A DNA stretch of 64,000 nucleotides from Candidatus Latescibacterota bacterium (GTDB lineage: Bacteria > Latescibacterota > UBA2968): NCBI GenBank assembly GCA_965208125.1, contig OZ242320.1, forward strand, positions 3,360,001 through 3,424,000, written 5' to 3'. A program made the position numbers and the translations under genes. Each line of letters opens with the position of its first letter. Within the stretch, counting starts at the first letter, position 1. The notes under the pieces were generated by a model, which saw only the letters and a program-made list of their open reading frames with translations, searched no databases and was not told where the DNA came from. Below are positions 9,586 through 19,631 of the stretch, one piece after another.

Positions 9586-10020
9586 TCATCGTAGGGGCGG
9601 TGCCCCCGTGCCCGCCCGCTTTCCCATGTCGCAGTGAACAAAGCCCTGAGAGACACTGGCCTTCAGCAGAACGGCTGGTAGCCGTTTCAGTTTTTCATTT
9701 CTCGGATCAACCTCGAATCCACCGGATTCCAAAGCGGTAACGCCGAGCAATGGTTCCGCTCCTTCTTCTCCGTACACAATGGTCCCACCGACGATTTCTC
9801 CCTCAAACTCAATCTCGGCGATGGTTATATCCATGGCCACAGGATTCCCGTCTGCAAGCACATAATCGCGACTACCCCTCGGTTCAAGTCCAATCTCTTC
9901 AAGGCGCACCCTCGGCACGAGCGAGTCGAATGCGCCAGTATCGACTAAAAATTTGCCGGTCCAGCTGCGTTGTCGATCCGCGGGATTGCGGATCGTTACG
10001 TCAACATAAGTCGCCCCCAT
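9586..10020 (-). CDS. Clan AA (retropepsin-like) aspartic protease
   Basis: FLVDTGA and PLLGVTALE motifs; AGGAG RBS before ATG 10020. Confidence 0.85.
   Translation of the reverse strand: MGATYVDVTIRNPADRQRSWTGKFLVDTGAFDSLVPRVRLEEIGLEPRGSRDYVLADGNPVAMDITIAEIEFEGEIVGGTIVYGEEGAEPLLGVTALESGGFEVDPRNEKLKRLPAVLLKASVSQGFVHCDMGKRAGTGAPPLR
9591..9617 (+). repeat. GTAG-type REP-like palindrome overlapping the protease 3' end
   Basis: Identical to 5086-5112. Confidence 0.7.
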
Positions 10021-10148
10021 GGCGATTCTCCTATTTGAAGATATAGGACAAAATTGAGTCTGTATAGGACCACCGAGCAGAATAAGAATATGGGAAAACG
10101 GACCGCAATGCAAGGTTCGATTCTTGTTCTGGCGGAATATCCTTATGA

Positions 10149-13100
10149 GTTTCAATCCGCTCCCTGTAGCGAGGTGCAGGGAGATAGACTTGTCCGCATA
10201 GTACTCGAGCAAGTCTTTCATGTTTCAATCCACTCCCCCAACTAGAGTTAGGGAGGATTGCGATTACAGAGCCTATCTCACAGATAACTATGAAGTTTCA
10301 ATCCGCTCCCGCACCGGAGTACAGAGAGATTCGCGTTCCTTGGTATTCTTAATCTCATTATTCTGGATGTTTCAATCCGCTTCCTGCACCGAAGTACAGA
10401 GAGATACTACGATCCCCTCCCTGAGTGGGCTGGATGGTGCAGTTTCAATCCGCTCCCTACACCAGAGTACAGGGAGATCTTATACAGCGCATCCTTTATG
10501 AGCCAGTGCTTGTAGTTTCAATCCGCTTCCCCAACTGGAGTTAGGGAAGATTTTGGAGATGCCAACACTGCCGGACAATTCGACGTGTTTCAATCCGCTC
10601 CCTGCACCGAAGTACAGGGAGACCCTGCGGCTGGTCGTGAACCCAGACAATATTGTCATGTTTCAATCCGCTTCCCGCACCGAAGTATAGAGAGATTTTA
10701 CGCCCGAACCGCGCTCGTTTTGTTGCTCTTCGTTTCAATCCGCTCCCTGCACCAGAGTACAGGGAGATATGGGGTTATATCCATAACGAAAGAAAAATTC
10801 ATTGTTTCAATCCGCTCCCTACACCGAAGTATAGGGAGATGTTTGCCCGATATTTGGGACAAAATATCTGTGTAGTTTCAATCCGCTCCCTACACCGAAG
10901 TATAGGGAGATCCATGATCTTGTCCTGGTCACGTTTTGGGAAATGGGTTTCAATCCGCTCCCTACACCGAAGTATAGGGAGATCACCACACCACCAGCGT
11001 CCATGCGCGTGATTGAAGGTTTCAATCCGCTCCCTACACCGAAGTATAGGGAGATAACTCAGAATATCCCCGGCGTTCCAGGTGCTGATGTTTCAATCCG
11101 CTCCCTACACCGAAGTATAGGGAGATCGGTGAGTATTGGGCTGGACGGAGAAGATGAGGACAGTTTCAATCCGCTCCCTACACCGAAGTATAGGGAGATG
11201 AAGTCACAACCGGTTGGTCAGTTGATTTTGTAAATGTTTCAATCCGCTCCCTACACCGAAGTATAGGGAGATACTGCCTGTTGCGAGCACATTGGTCCAT
11301 CCACTCCAGTTTCAATCCGCTCCCTACACCGAAGTATAGGGAGATAGGGTAAATTTTGTCATGGGGTTTCCTTTACTGGTGTTTCAATCCGCTCCCTACA
11401 CCGAAGTATAGGGAGATTGTCTGTTTGGTGGTCGCTCATCGGGCAAGACGTGGTTTCAATCCGCTCCCTACACCGAAGTATAGGGAGATTCCCCGCCCGC
11501 CTTTGTGTATGCTGGCGCGTAAACGTTTCAATCCGCTCCCTACACCGAAGTATAGGGAGATCCACATGCGGTGCCCTATTCCCGACACGGATATAGGTTT
11601 CAATCCGCTCCCTACACCGAAGTATAGGGAGATTAGTTTGCCATGATTGTGAGACAAAAGGGTGTGCAGAATGTTTCAATCCGCTCCCTACACCGAAGTA
11701 TAGGGAGATCGAGGCGAAGCGCGGCATTAAGGTGCTTCGTGATGAGGTTTCAATCCGCTCCCTACACCGAAGTATAGGGAGATCCGGCCATTCTCGGTCA
11801 GGTAATGGTTCATTCTTTGTTTCAATCCGCTCCCTACACCGAAGTATAGGGAGATAAATGGAATTACCGAAATCTAATCGTCGCTATGTATGTTTCAATC
11901 CGCTCCCTACACCGAAGTATAGGGAGATTGTGAGTAGGCATGTTTTGAAACCGCTGGAAGTGGGTTTCAATCCGCTCCCTACACCGAAGTATAGGGAGAT
12001 CTTACCGGGGCGGTCAGTGATGATGTGGTCACATTGTTTCAATCCGCTCCCTACACCGAAGTATAGGGAGATATGGACTCCATCGCGTATTTCAACTTTG
12101 TGTGGCGTTTCAATCCGCTCCCTACACCGAAGTATAGGGAGATTTCACAGATATAGAGTGTGGAAACATTATTAACACGTTTCAATCCGCTCCCTACACC
12201 GAAGTATAGGGAGATAGATTTCATTAGAATACCTTTTGGAATAAGTGTAGTTTCAATCCGCTCCCTACACCGAAGTATAGGGAGATTTTCATATTCCTTC
12301 ACTAGACCGCTCTGCAGAGGCCCTGGTTTCAATCCGCTCCCTACACCGAAGTATAGGGAGATATTCCGTGGTTCGGAGAGGATGCTTGGGAATGGGCGAG
12401 TTTCAATCCGCTCCCTACACCGAAGTATAGGGAGATGTGTTAAATACTTGGGTATATAGTCTGTCAACCGACGTTTCAATCCGCTCCCTACACCGAAGTA
12501 TAGGGAGATGGTAAACCATAATAGCCTTCCATGCCCGGAATTGCAGTTTCAATCCGCTCCCTACACCGAAGTATAGGGAGATCCCGTCCATCTTGTCCAA
12601 ATCTGCTTACAATTCGCGTTTCAATCCGCTCCCTACACCGAAGTATAGGGAGATACAAAACACTAAAACAAAAAATCTTCAGTGCGGCAGAGTTTCAATC
12701 CGCTCCCTACACCGAAGTATAGGGAGATCGTTGGATACTGGGAAGAGAACAATAATTGACAGGTTTCAATCCGCTCCCTACACCGAAGTATAGGGAGATT
12801 CCATTTAGGGATCTTTCTTCAGGTGAAGAATAAATGTTTCAATCCGCTCCCTACACCGAAGTATAGGGAGATAGATAATCCCAGAACAATCAGAGAACGA
12901 CTATCCCTGTTTCAATCCGCTCCCTACACCGAAGTATAGGGAGATGATCGTGTTTTTGAAGTATAAACAAACTGAATGAACGTTTCAATCCGCTCCCTAC
13001 ACCGAAGTATAGGGAGATCATCGTCCAAACTGTAGTGGCTGTGATTATGCAGGCTGTTTCAATCCGCTCCCTACACCGAAGTATAGGGAGATTCGCGTTC

Positions 13101-13822
13101 AGCGAAGCCAATAAACCACATGTAATGGAGTTTCAATCCGCTCCCTACACCGAAGTATAGGGAGATAAATATGATGTTTAAATCGCCAGCCGCGTCACAA
13201 AGTTTCAATCCGCTCCCTACACCGAAGTATAGGGAGATCATCGATGGATATGAGGATCACCAGAAAATAATGAAGTTTCAATCCGCTCCCTACACCGAAG
13301 TATAGGGAGATTGGGACCTGGGGTATAACCCGGCGGGACTGAAAGAGTTTCAATCCGCTCCCTACACCGAAGTATAGGGAGATTCAAGGAACAGGGGTTC
13401 TTGTCGAATGAATCAAAATGTTTCAATCCGCTCCCTACACCGAAGTATAGGGAGATGTCGCATAATCTGCAAGCCCAGCATCGACATGTGCGGTTTCAAT
13501 CCGCTCCCTACACCGAAGTATAGGGAGATTTTTCATCTGCGCTTGATATGTCGAAAACAGAGACCGGTTTCAATCCGCTCCCTACACCGAAGTATAGGGA
13601 GATATCATATCAATGTTCAAACGGGGAAAATCTATTACCAGTTTCAATCCGCTCCCTACACCGAAGTATAGGGAGATAAATAACAAGCATCTGAACCTTG
13701 AATCGCCAAAAGGTTTCAATCCGCTCCCTACACCGAAGTATAGGGAGATGCCTCATTCATTGTCAGACGTTTCATCTCGCAATATGTTTCAATCCGCTCC
13801 CTACACCGAAGTATAGGGAGAT
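10149..13822 (-). CRISPR. CRISPR array: 51 repeats and 50 spacers (34-39 bp); 37-bp repeat ATCTCCCTATACTTCGGTGTAGGGAGCGGATTGAAAC on the crRNA strand
   Basis: 42 identical repeats from 10804 to 13822 plus 9 variant repeats from 10149 to 10768; ATTGAAAC end; leader adjacent to cas2. Confidence 0.98.
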
Positions 13823-14002
13823 ACTGGTTGTTGTAACCAGCGTAATACCAAAAGGTTATACAAGTGGATGCGCGAATCTCCTTTCTTACACATCCTTCGA
13901 TTAAAGTGAGAGCAACAAACTTGCTGTAAATAGTTGTTAGTCATAGGTTTGTAAATTGCGCGAAAGTAGGGGCAAAACGCCGTCACTTTACTTTCGCGCC
14001 AG
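13823..14002 (-). promoter_or_regulatory. CRISPR leader
   Basis: Non-coding segment between cas2 and the first repeat; inverted repeat GCGCGAAAGTA/TACTTTCGCGC; two IHF-like sites. Confidence 0.8.
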
Positions 14003-14290
14003 TTAAAAAATCAGTGGTTCGTTTAAGTCCACGGGTTCTTTAAGCCCGTGATGCTCTATCTTGTTTTTGGCGTCTTCGTCCAGGTGATAGATCCTGAGAG
14101 AATCTTGCTTGGGATCTATTTCTTCCAGCAGACGGGTCTTGAGTTCCGCCCATTCTGTTTTTCCCACCTGACATTCAAAAAGCGATTTTTGAGCACGGAC
14201 ACCATAATCCTTACAGGCTCTCGCCACTCGCCGCAGCCGCCTTTGTCCTGCTCGGTCAGTTGTGGAAACATCATAAGCAATCAGTTTCAA
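14003..14290 (-). CDS. cas2: CRISPR-associated endonuclease Cas2
   Basis: IAYDVST...RRLRRVARACKDYGVRAQKSLFEC...DSLRIY; TTG start with AAGGAG RBS. Confidence 0.95.
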   Translation of the reverse strand: MKLIAYDVSTTDRAGQRRLRRVARACKDYGVRAQKSLFECQVGKTEWAELKTRLLEEIDPKQDSLRIYHLDEDAKNKIEHHGLKEPVDLNEPLIF

Positions 14291-14326
14291 TTTTTTCTCC
14301 TTACCGAAACAAGTGGCGATACTGCG

Positions 14327-15412
14327 TTATTTTATGATAAATGGAATATAGTCGGGAATATCGCCGCGGAGTTTTCGGGCCAATAATTTAGCTTGAATGC
14401 TGAACACTTGCCCTATGCGGATATTCTGCTTGAACAAAGGGTGCTTTACTTCTGTTTGCTTGCGCCGTTGCCAGGCCTGAATAACCTCTCTTCTACCATG
14501 ATCGGTAAACTCTACGGCACCGCCCTCTCGTTCGCGGAAGTGCTTAGGCTCGATTTGGCGGCGGTTGATCAGAGTCAGTGCCAGCCGCTCTGCCAAACAG
14601 GGACGAAATTCTTCCATCAGATCCAGGGCACAAGCCGGCCTTCCCGCGCGTGTTGCATGAAGCCAGCCGACATAAGGATCTAACCCGGCGGTTGTCAATG
14701 CGGCCAGGCAATCGTGACGAACCAGGGCATATATAAAGGAAAGCAAGCAGTTTACCCGATCTCGGGGCGGTCGCCGTGTGCGGTTTACAAATTTGAAGTT
14801 TTCTCGTTGCTGTTTGAGCATGTATTGGAATACCGAAAAATAGATTTTTGCTCCCAGACCTTCCAATCCTCTGATAGGATCAAGTGTCTCCCGAAGTCCG
14901 CAATCTGGATCAACGGACGAAGCGTCTTCCGGCTCAGCCTCAAGTGCAACTGAAAGTTGGCGGATCAATCGGGCGAGTTCATCAGCCGCTCCCGCCAATT
15001 TCGCTCGGTCCGAATCTATATCGGCTTCCCGAGCAGATCGCAAGAGGTTGGAACGCGAGTTCTGTAATTTCCCGGCGACAAATTGCCGAGCCAGACGAGC
15101 CGCGTCTTCTGGGCTGTCCGCTGCTGCGTACTGAGCACGACGCAGCAAGTAGCGGGTATCTCCGCTTCCTATGACTTGTGCCAGCAGGTAGCCATTTTCT
15201 GTATGATAATGTACGGCCACTTGATGCGCCCAGCACAAAGCCATAGCTGGCGGCGTAACCACGACCTGCCCGAAAGCGCAAATACTTTCCAGATGGTGAA
15301 TCGGAACGGTCAGACGGGTTTGCTTTTCGATCTCAATCCGAAGCGTTAAGTGGTCTCTGAGCACTACGGTTTTTGGTGTCGTCAGATAAAGTGTATTTTG
15401 AATGATAGCCAT
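14327..15412 (-). CDS. cas1: CRISPR-associated endonuclease Cas1 (I-C type)
   Basis: NTLYLT, RGLEG, RRPPRDRVN, GLDPYVG and LALDLMEEFR-like motifs. Confidence 0.97.
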   Translation of the reverse strand: MAIIQNTLYLTTPKTVVLRDHLTLRIEIEKQTRLTVPIHHLESICAFGQVVVTPPAMALCWAHQVAVHYHTENGYLLAQVIGSGDTRYLLRRAQYAAADSPEDAARLARQFVAGKLQNSRSNLLRSAREADIDSDRAKLAGAADELARLIRQLSVALEAEPEDASSVDPDCGLRETLDPIRGLEGLGAKIYFSVFQYMLKQQRENFKFVNRTRRPPRDRVNCLLSFIYALVRHDCLAALTTAGLDPYVGWLHATRAGRPACALDLMEEFRPCLAERLALTLINRRQIEPKHFREREGGAVEFTDHGRREVIQAWQRRKQTEVKHPLFKQNIRIGQVFSIQAKLLARKLRGDIPDYIPFIIK

Positions 15413-15420
15413 ACGTGGTT

Positions 15421-16059
15421 TTAATCCCCTCCCGATGAATCGGCAGTATCAAAAACTTGCCGATAGGCACGCGCCAGCGTGGGAGGAACGCTGGTGATCT
15501 CGGGAAGACAATAATCAAAAAGCGAACACTCAGAACACTGGGGCTTATGGATGGCATTTGGGACGACTTCCTTTTCAATGAGCCGATGCATGGCTTCAAT
15601 GGCCTGTTCGGTAAAATGGCGCAATTTCTCTGTGAACACTATCTTTCGGCGGCGTTTGCTCCTGGCGTGAAAGATGGCACCCTGAGAAATATCCAACCCG
15701 AACATTTCTTCGAGGCACAGAGCCTGCGCGCAAAGCTGGGCGTCGTCATTGTCGAATTTGCGCCGTCTGCCTTTTTTGAACTCGACAGGAACCAACGAAC
15801 CATCGGAATGACGTTCAACAATGTCGCATCTGCCGCTGAGACTGAGCCGATCAGACCAGATGGGCAAAGCACGCAGCAAGGTGACGCCTCTGATGTTTTC
15901 ATAACCCGAAACATCGGCCTGTTCGTGAACACTACCGCCGATCACGGTGTGCTCGTTGGTCCCTCGCCACCCCTCAATCGCCTTCAATGCCGCCCGACGT
16001 TGACAATAGAGGTAGTCGTTGAGGAGTGAGAGGGGAATGGGATCGTGGAGATTTATCAT
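15421..16059 (-). CDS. cas4: CRISPR-associated exonuclease Cas4
   Basis: YCQRR, DIVE..PVEFKKG, QLCAQALCLEEM and CSECSLFDYC motifs. Confidence 0.95.
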   Translation of the reverse strand: MINLHDPIPLSLLNDYLYCQRRAALKAIEGWRGTNEHTVIGGSVHEQADVSGYENIRGVTLLRALPIWSDRLSLSGRCDIVERHSDGSLVPVEFKKGRRRKFDNDDAQLCAQALCLEEMFGLDISQGAIFHARSKRRRKIVFTEKLRHFTEQAIEAMHRLIEKEVVPNAIHKPQCSECSLFDYCLPEITSVPPTLARAYRQVFDTADSSGGD

Positions 16060-16133
16060 ATTGACACTTCACTATTCCTAAACGCATTGAGTTCCACAAC
16101 ATCCTTTATTATTTTATTCAGGTTAGTATTAAT

Positions 16134-18371
16134 TCATAACATGTACCCGTCTGCGCCACCATCAACGAGCGGGAGCACACCCGCCATGAATCCTAAAAAG
16201 GGATCGTAATCAAGTTCCCATGAGAATAGTCCAGGCAGGCGGTCGAACTCGCGCAGTGCCCATTCTGTGGCGCGTGATCCATATATCTGTACGCTTCCAT
16301 TTTGAAGATCTTGAGTCAGAACATGTTGGTCGTATTCAATTTTTTCTTTTATGGACTCATCAACTACGGCTGTCAATGTTGGTGAATCTATGACTCGAAA
16401 TAGTTCGGCAACCTTTGGAAAGTTCAGAGCATCCTCGGCTTTTAGCAACTCATCCTTTTGCAGCCGTGATCGACGAATCTCACGTCGTAGTGCCTCGGTA
16501 CAGGCACTCACTCCAACTTGCCTTTCATTGAACAACTCTCCCAATACTGCGGATGAATATTCAAATGTCGGATGGGGTCGGAGCCACGAGTCATGGGCCA
16601 ACTGAATGTCCCAAACATCGGCAGACTCATATTCCCTTCCACGGTTTACTCGACCAGCGATTTGCAAGAGACTATTCAAGCAAGCACGCTCGCGGATGCC
16701 CGTCCGAAATGAAAAATCAACTCCAGCTTCAACACAGGAAGTCGCTACGAGTGTCCAATCTCGATCATCATCGTTCGATAACCGATCAATAACTCGATTC
16801 AGAGTAATCGCGCGGTCAGTTGGTATGAGTGCCGTTGAGAGATGTTCTACTTGAGGGTGATTCGATTGCCAGTTGTTTTGATGCTTCCAGTTAGCAAGAT
16901 GTCTTGCGATAACGGCAGCCGATTGCACAGTGTTCACAATGAGCAGACGTGGACCTGGCAGTTGAAGTAACCACGGCTTTAGTGTTTTCAAACTCATGGG
17001 TTCAGGATGAGATTGATAGGTGACACGCGTCGCCTCGCGATCCAGACTTTCATCTCGCACGCGCATATCTACCAGATCAGGCACAGTCGGGAGGGGATCA
17101 ACAAACTCAGGCAATTCCCAGAAGCGGCTCAATGAACCTGACCCAACAACGAAGTAACAGCCCCAGTCGGTTTTCAAGTCCTGTAACCACTTCCATGTGA
17201 TCGGCCACAAATGCGCTGGCAGCGCGGCGTGGGCCTCGTCGACAAAGATCGCAGAGCCAGCGACTTGATGGAGTTTTCGCAATGCTCCAGTTCGACAGGC
17301 GGCAAGAGTTTCAAAAAACTGAACGGCGGTTGTCACAACGATGGGAGTGTTCCATAGATAGGTCAGATGTCGAGTCGCAAGACTGTTGAATTCCGCACGG
17401 TGATGGTGGGCTGCGACAACACGTTCGGGATTCTCATCTGCTCTGACGAGTGATTCTCGATACACCCGGACTGACTGGTCAATGATATTTGTATATGGCA
17501 GGACTATAAAAATCCGACGTAGTTTTTGTGTAGCCGCTACATTCAGTAGATGTGCCATGATTGCCGTTGTCTTTCCAGAACCAACTGGTGAATCGCAGGC
17601 CACCAATGATTCACTAAATGGATCTGCATTGCGGCAAGCGCGATAAACATCCTGTCTCAGTTGCGTGCGTTCGTCTTCTTTGTTCTCAGATAATCCAGCG
17701 ACGTATTGATCCAGAAGCTCGAGCCGTATAGCTGGCTCAAGTTTCGGACTCGTAACAGAAAAAGCTTGTCCATAATTCCGCGCTGTATCAAAATGATCGG
17801 CATCAACAAGACAGGACAACGCCAAACGGAGCAATACAGATAGATCGCTTTGGCGTTGCTTATTTAAGTCTATTGATTGCCTTGTGCTTGCGAATACCGA
17901 TTGGTGCATACGCAAGTATTCGTCTAACTGTTTGTCAGTGTGATCTTTTGTCGTTCGTCCAGATTCGTCCCGCTCTAAATCGCGAAATGGTCGCCCAGCT
18001 TCTCGTGTACTATGTTCGGTGATATCCGGTAGTCCACGGTGGTGTGAGAAGATGAGAATGGCCGCCAACTGTGCGGCCATTTGCGGCGGATCTTTCAGTA
18101 AATTAGCCACTCCCGCATCAACGTGATTCACTGGCAGACGACCACTGCCACCTACTGAAAGAACCGCTTGGTTCTCAGGATCAAGTTTGCCGAGATCGTG
18201 AAATTCGGCTGCCAAATCAACAGCTAACTTGAATAATTGACCATCAGTAGCGGTAGCAGTCAGTTCATTAGCATGTCGGACTGCCAACTTAATAACGTTC
18301 TCCAGATGTTCGGAATACGGTTGAGCTGGAATCTCGTTCTCTGGCTGCGGACTATGTGCGAGCAACATCAC
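16134..18371 (-). CDS. cas3: CRISPR-associated HD nuclease/helicase Cas3
   Basis: AHS..EHL, HDLGK, SHH, LVDAD, PVGSGKT, DEAH and QIAGRVNR motifs. Confidence 0.95.
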   Translation of the reverse strand: MMLLAHSPQPENEIPAQPYSEHLENVIKLAVRHANELTATATDGQLFKLAVDLAAEFHDLGKLDPENQAVLSVGGSGRLPVNHVDAGVANLLKDPPQMAAQLAAILIFSHHRGLPDITEHSTREAGRPFRDLERDESGRTTKDHTDKQLDEYLRMHQSVFASTRQSIDLNKQRQSDLSVLLRLALSCLVDADHFDTARNYGQAFSVTSPKLEPAIRLELLDQYVAGLSENKEDERTQLRQDVYRACRNADPFSESLVACDSPVGSGKTTAIMAHLLNVAATQKLRRIFIVLPYTNIIDQSVRVYRESLVRADENPERVVAAHHHRAEFNSLATRHLTYLWNTPIVVTTAVQFFETLAACRTGALRKLHQVAGSAIFVDEAHAALPAHLWPITWKWLQDLKTDWGCYFVVGSGSLSRFWELPEFVDPLPTVPDLVDMRVRDESLDREATRVTYQSHPEPMSLKTLKPWLLQLPGPRLLIVNTVQSAAVIARHLANWKHQNNWQSNHPQVEHLSTALIPTDRAITLNRVIDRLSNDDDRDWTLVATSCVEAGVDFSFRTGIRERACLNSLLQIAGRVNRGREYESADVWDIQLAHDSWLRPHPTFEYSSAVLGELFNERQVGVSACTEALRREIRRSRLQKDELLKAEDALNFPKVAELFRVIDSPTLTAVVDESIKEKIEYDQHVLTQDLQNGSVQIYGSRATEWALREFDRLPGLFSWELDYDPFLGFMAGVLPLVDGGADGYML

Positions 18372-19225
18372 TCCTCCATCAAATCCCGAATTTTTGCGAC
18401 ACGAGCGGCTAATTCACCAGGCAACTCTGTGGGCACAATGTAATCAGCCCAAGCATTCGAAGGTGAGTCGGAATTGCCATTCTTCTTTGGCGTCAATGCT
18501 TCTATAATCGCGAAATCGGAGCAGGATCCCAGCACTGATTTGTGTTCAACTACCCAGGCGTGACGTAGATCGACAAGCGGTCGGGCATGAGACCGAGTAT
18601 GTGCGTAGGCGTGAGGGATGACTTTGAACAACAAGTCAATATCTTGCTGTGTGCAACCCGATTTGTGGGCCACGGATGGGTTAATAAAAAACGGCATGCA
18701 ATAGACACCATGTGGTACAAAGCGATATCCCATCGGTGCCATGCCACGGTCTTTACCTTCTTGCACTCCAGCTTTATTTGTATTAGTATGGCGACTGATT
18801 TCGATAGGGGCTACGCTTAGTCCAAGACCGAATTGAGCCACACCTGTCTTGATCGTGTCAGCGGATCCTTCTTCCAAGAAAGTGTTCCCGAACACGCGGC
18901 CATCCCAATATTTGGCTTGAAATGATCCGTTTTTCAATTCACCTTCAATCGTCTTGCGAACCCGCCCACGCGACTCAAGGATCGCAAATTGTTCATCATT
19001 CAGGTTCATTTCCTTCTTCATAACTTGCCAAACAGTCCCATCCTTTGATTCGATCAAATCACGCACTTTGCGTTTGAATGAAACAGGAGAAATTTCTCCT
19101 CGACCATCAGGGCGTTGCCGAGGATCGCTCTCACGGTCTGGATCGCCGTTGGGATTGGAATTGACGACTTCTATGACCAGAAGTCCCGTAAATCGTTTTA
19201 CGTCATTGGCGTTAGTATCTGTCAT
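18368..19225 (-). CDS. cas7: Cas7 (Csd2/Csh2 family)
   Basis: NSNPNGDPD..PR, SFKRKVRD and DGRVFG motifs. Confidence 0.92.
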   Translation of the reverse strand: MTDTNANDVKRFTGLLVIEVVNSNPNGDPDRESDPRQRPDGRGEISPVSFKRKVRDLIESKDGTVWQVMKKEMNLNDEQFAILESRGRVRKTIEGELKNGSFQAKYWDGRVFGNTFLEEGSADTIKTGVAQFGLGLSVAPIEISRHTNTNKAGVQEGKDRGMAPMGYRFVPHGVYCMPFFINPSVAHKSGCTQQDIDLLFKVIPHAYAHTRSHARPLVDLRHAWVVEHKSVLGSCSDFAIIEALTPKKNGNSDSPSNAWADYIVPTELPGELAARVAKIRDLMEE

Positions 19226-19226
19226 T

Positions 19227-19631
19227 CTACTCTCCTTCAGTTAAGGCATTAGACGAATCGTCGTTAGATTTTTCCTTTTCAGAACGGGCGAGGTACCCAA
19301 GCAGCATGGCGACCTTGTCGGTATCTGAACACCGACTCGGCACATCCGTGTCGGAAAGTGACGCGCATACGCGCCCCATCTCACTGAGGAAATACTTGGC
19401 GAGACGCACTTCATCACCGCCTTGGACTGTTTGTGCCCAAGCGTGATAGGGCTTGATGCGCTGCCACAACAAGGCGAGAGCCTTTTCGGGTGTTTCCATC
19501 GCACTTGTCATGAGGGCGTTGCCCACCAGTTGAGGTGGTATTTGGTCCTTGCGTACTTCACGACAATACTGAACATGTAATTGATCGGCTAAACTCAGTA
19601 GGCGACCAATCAGATAAGGTGGGCTCTTCAT
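19227..19631 (-). CDS. cas11: Putative internally translated Cas11 small subunit (134 aa) within cas8c
   Basis: In-frame ATG at 19631 preceded by AAGAAAGGA-atttat; reads MKSPPYLIGRLLSLAD... Confidence 0.65.
   Translation of the reverse strand: MKSPPYLIGRLLSLADQLHVQYCREVRKDQIPPQLVGNALMTSAMETPEKALALLWQRIKPYHAWAQTVQGGDEVRLAKYFLSEMGRVCASLSDTDVPSRCSDTDKVAMLLGYLARSEKEKSNDDSSNALTEGE

Noticed and set aside
10024-10050. CTCCTATTTGAAGATATAGGA loosely resembles the repeat stem
   Set aside because: Out of register with the array period, lacks the handle, and overlaps the protease RBS
11856-11891. Spacer shares ATTACCGAAAT with the cas5 upstream region (~22010-22020), suggesting autoregulation
   Set aside because: Only an 11-nt exact match, in the PAM-distal half of the crRNA; compatible with chance
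12510-12545. Spacer reverse strand reads AIPGMEGYYGL, NUMOD4-like
   Set aside because: Too short and ambiguous to assign without a database hit
10220-13986. Many short ORFs across the CRISPR array
   Set aside because: Artefacts of stop-free repeat frames (FNPLPTPKYRE, ISLYFGVGSGLK)
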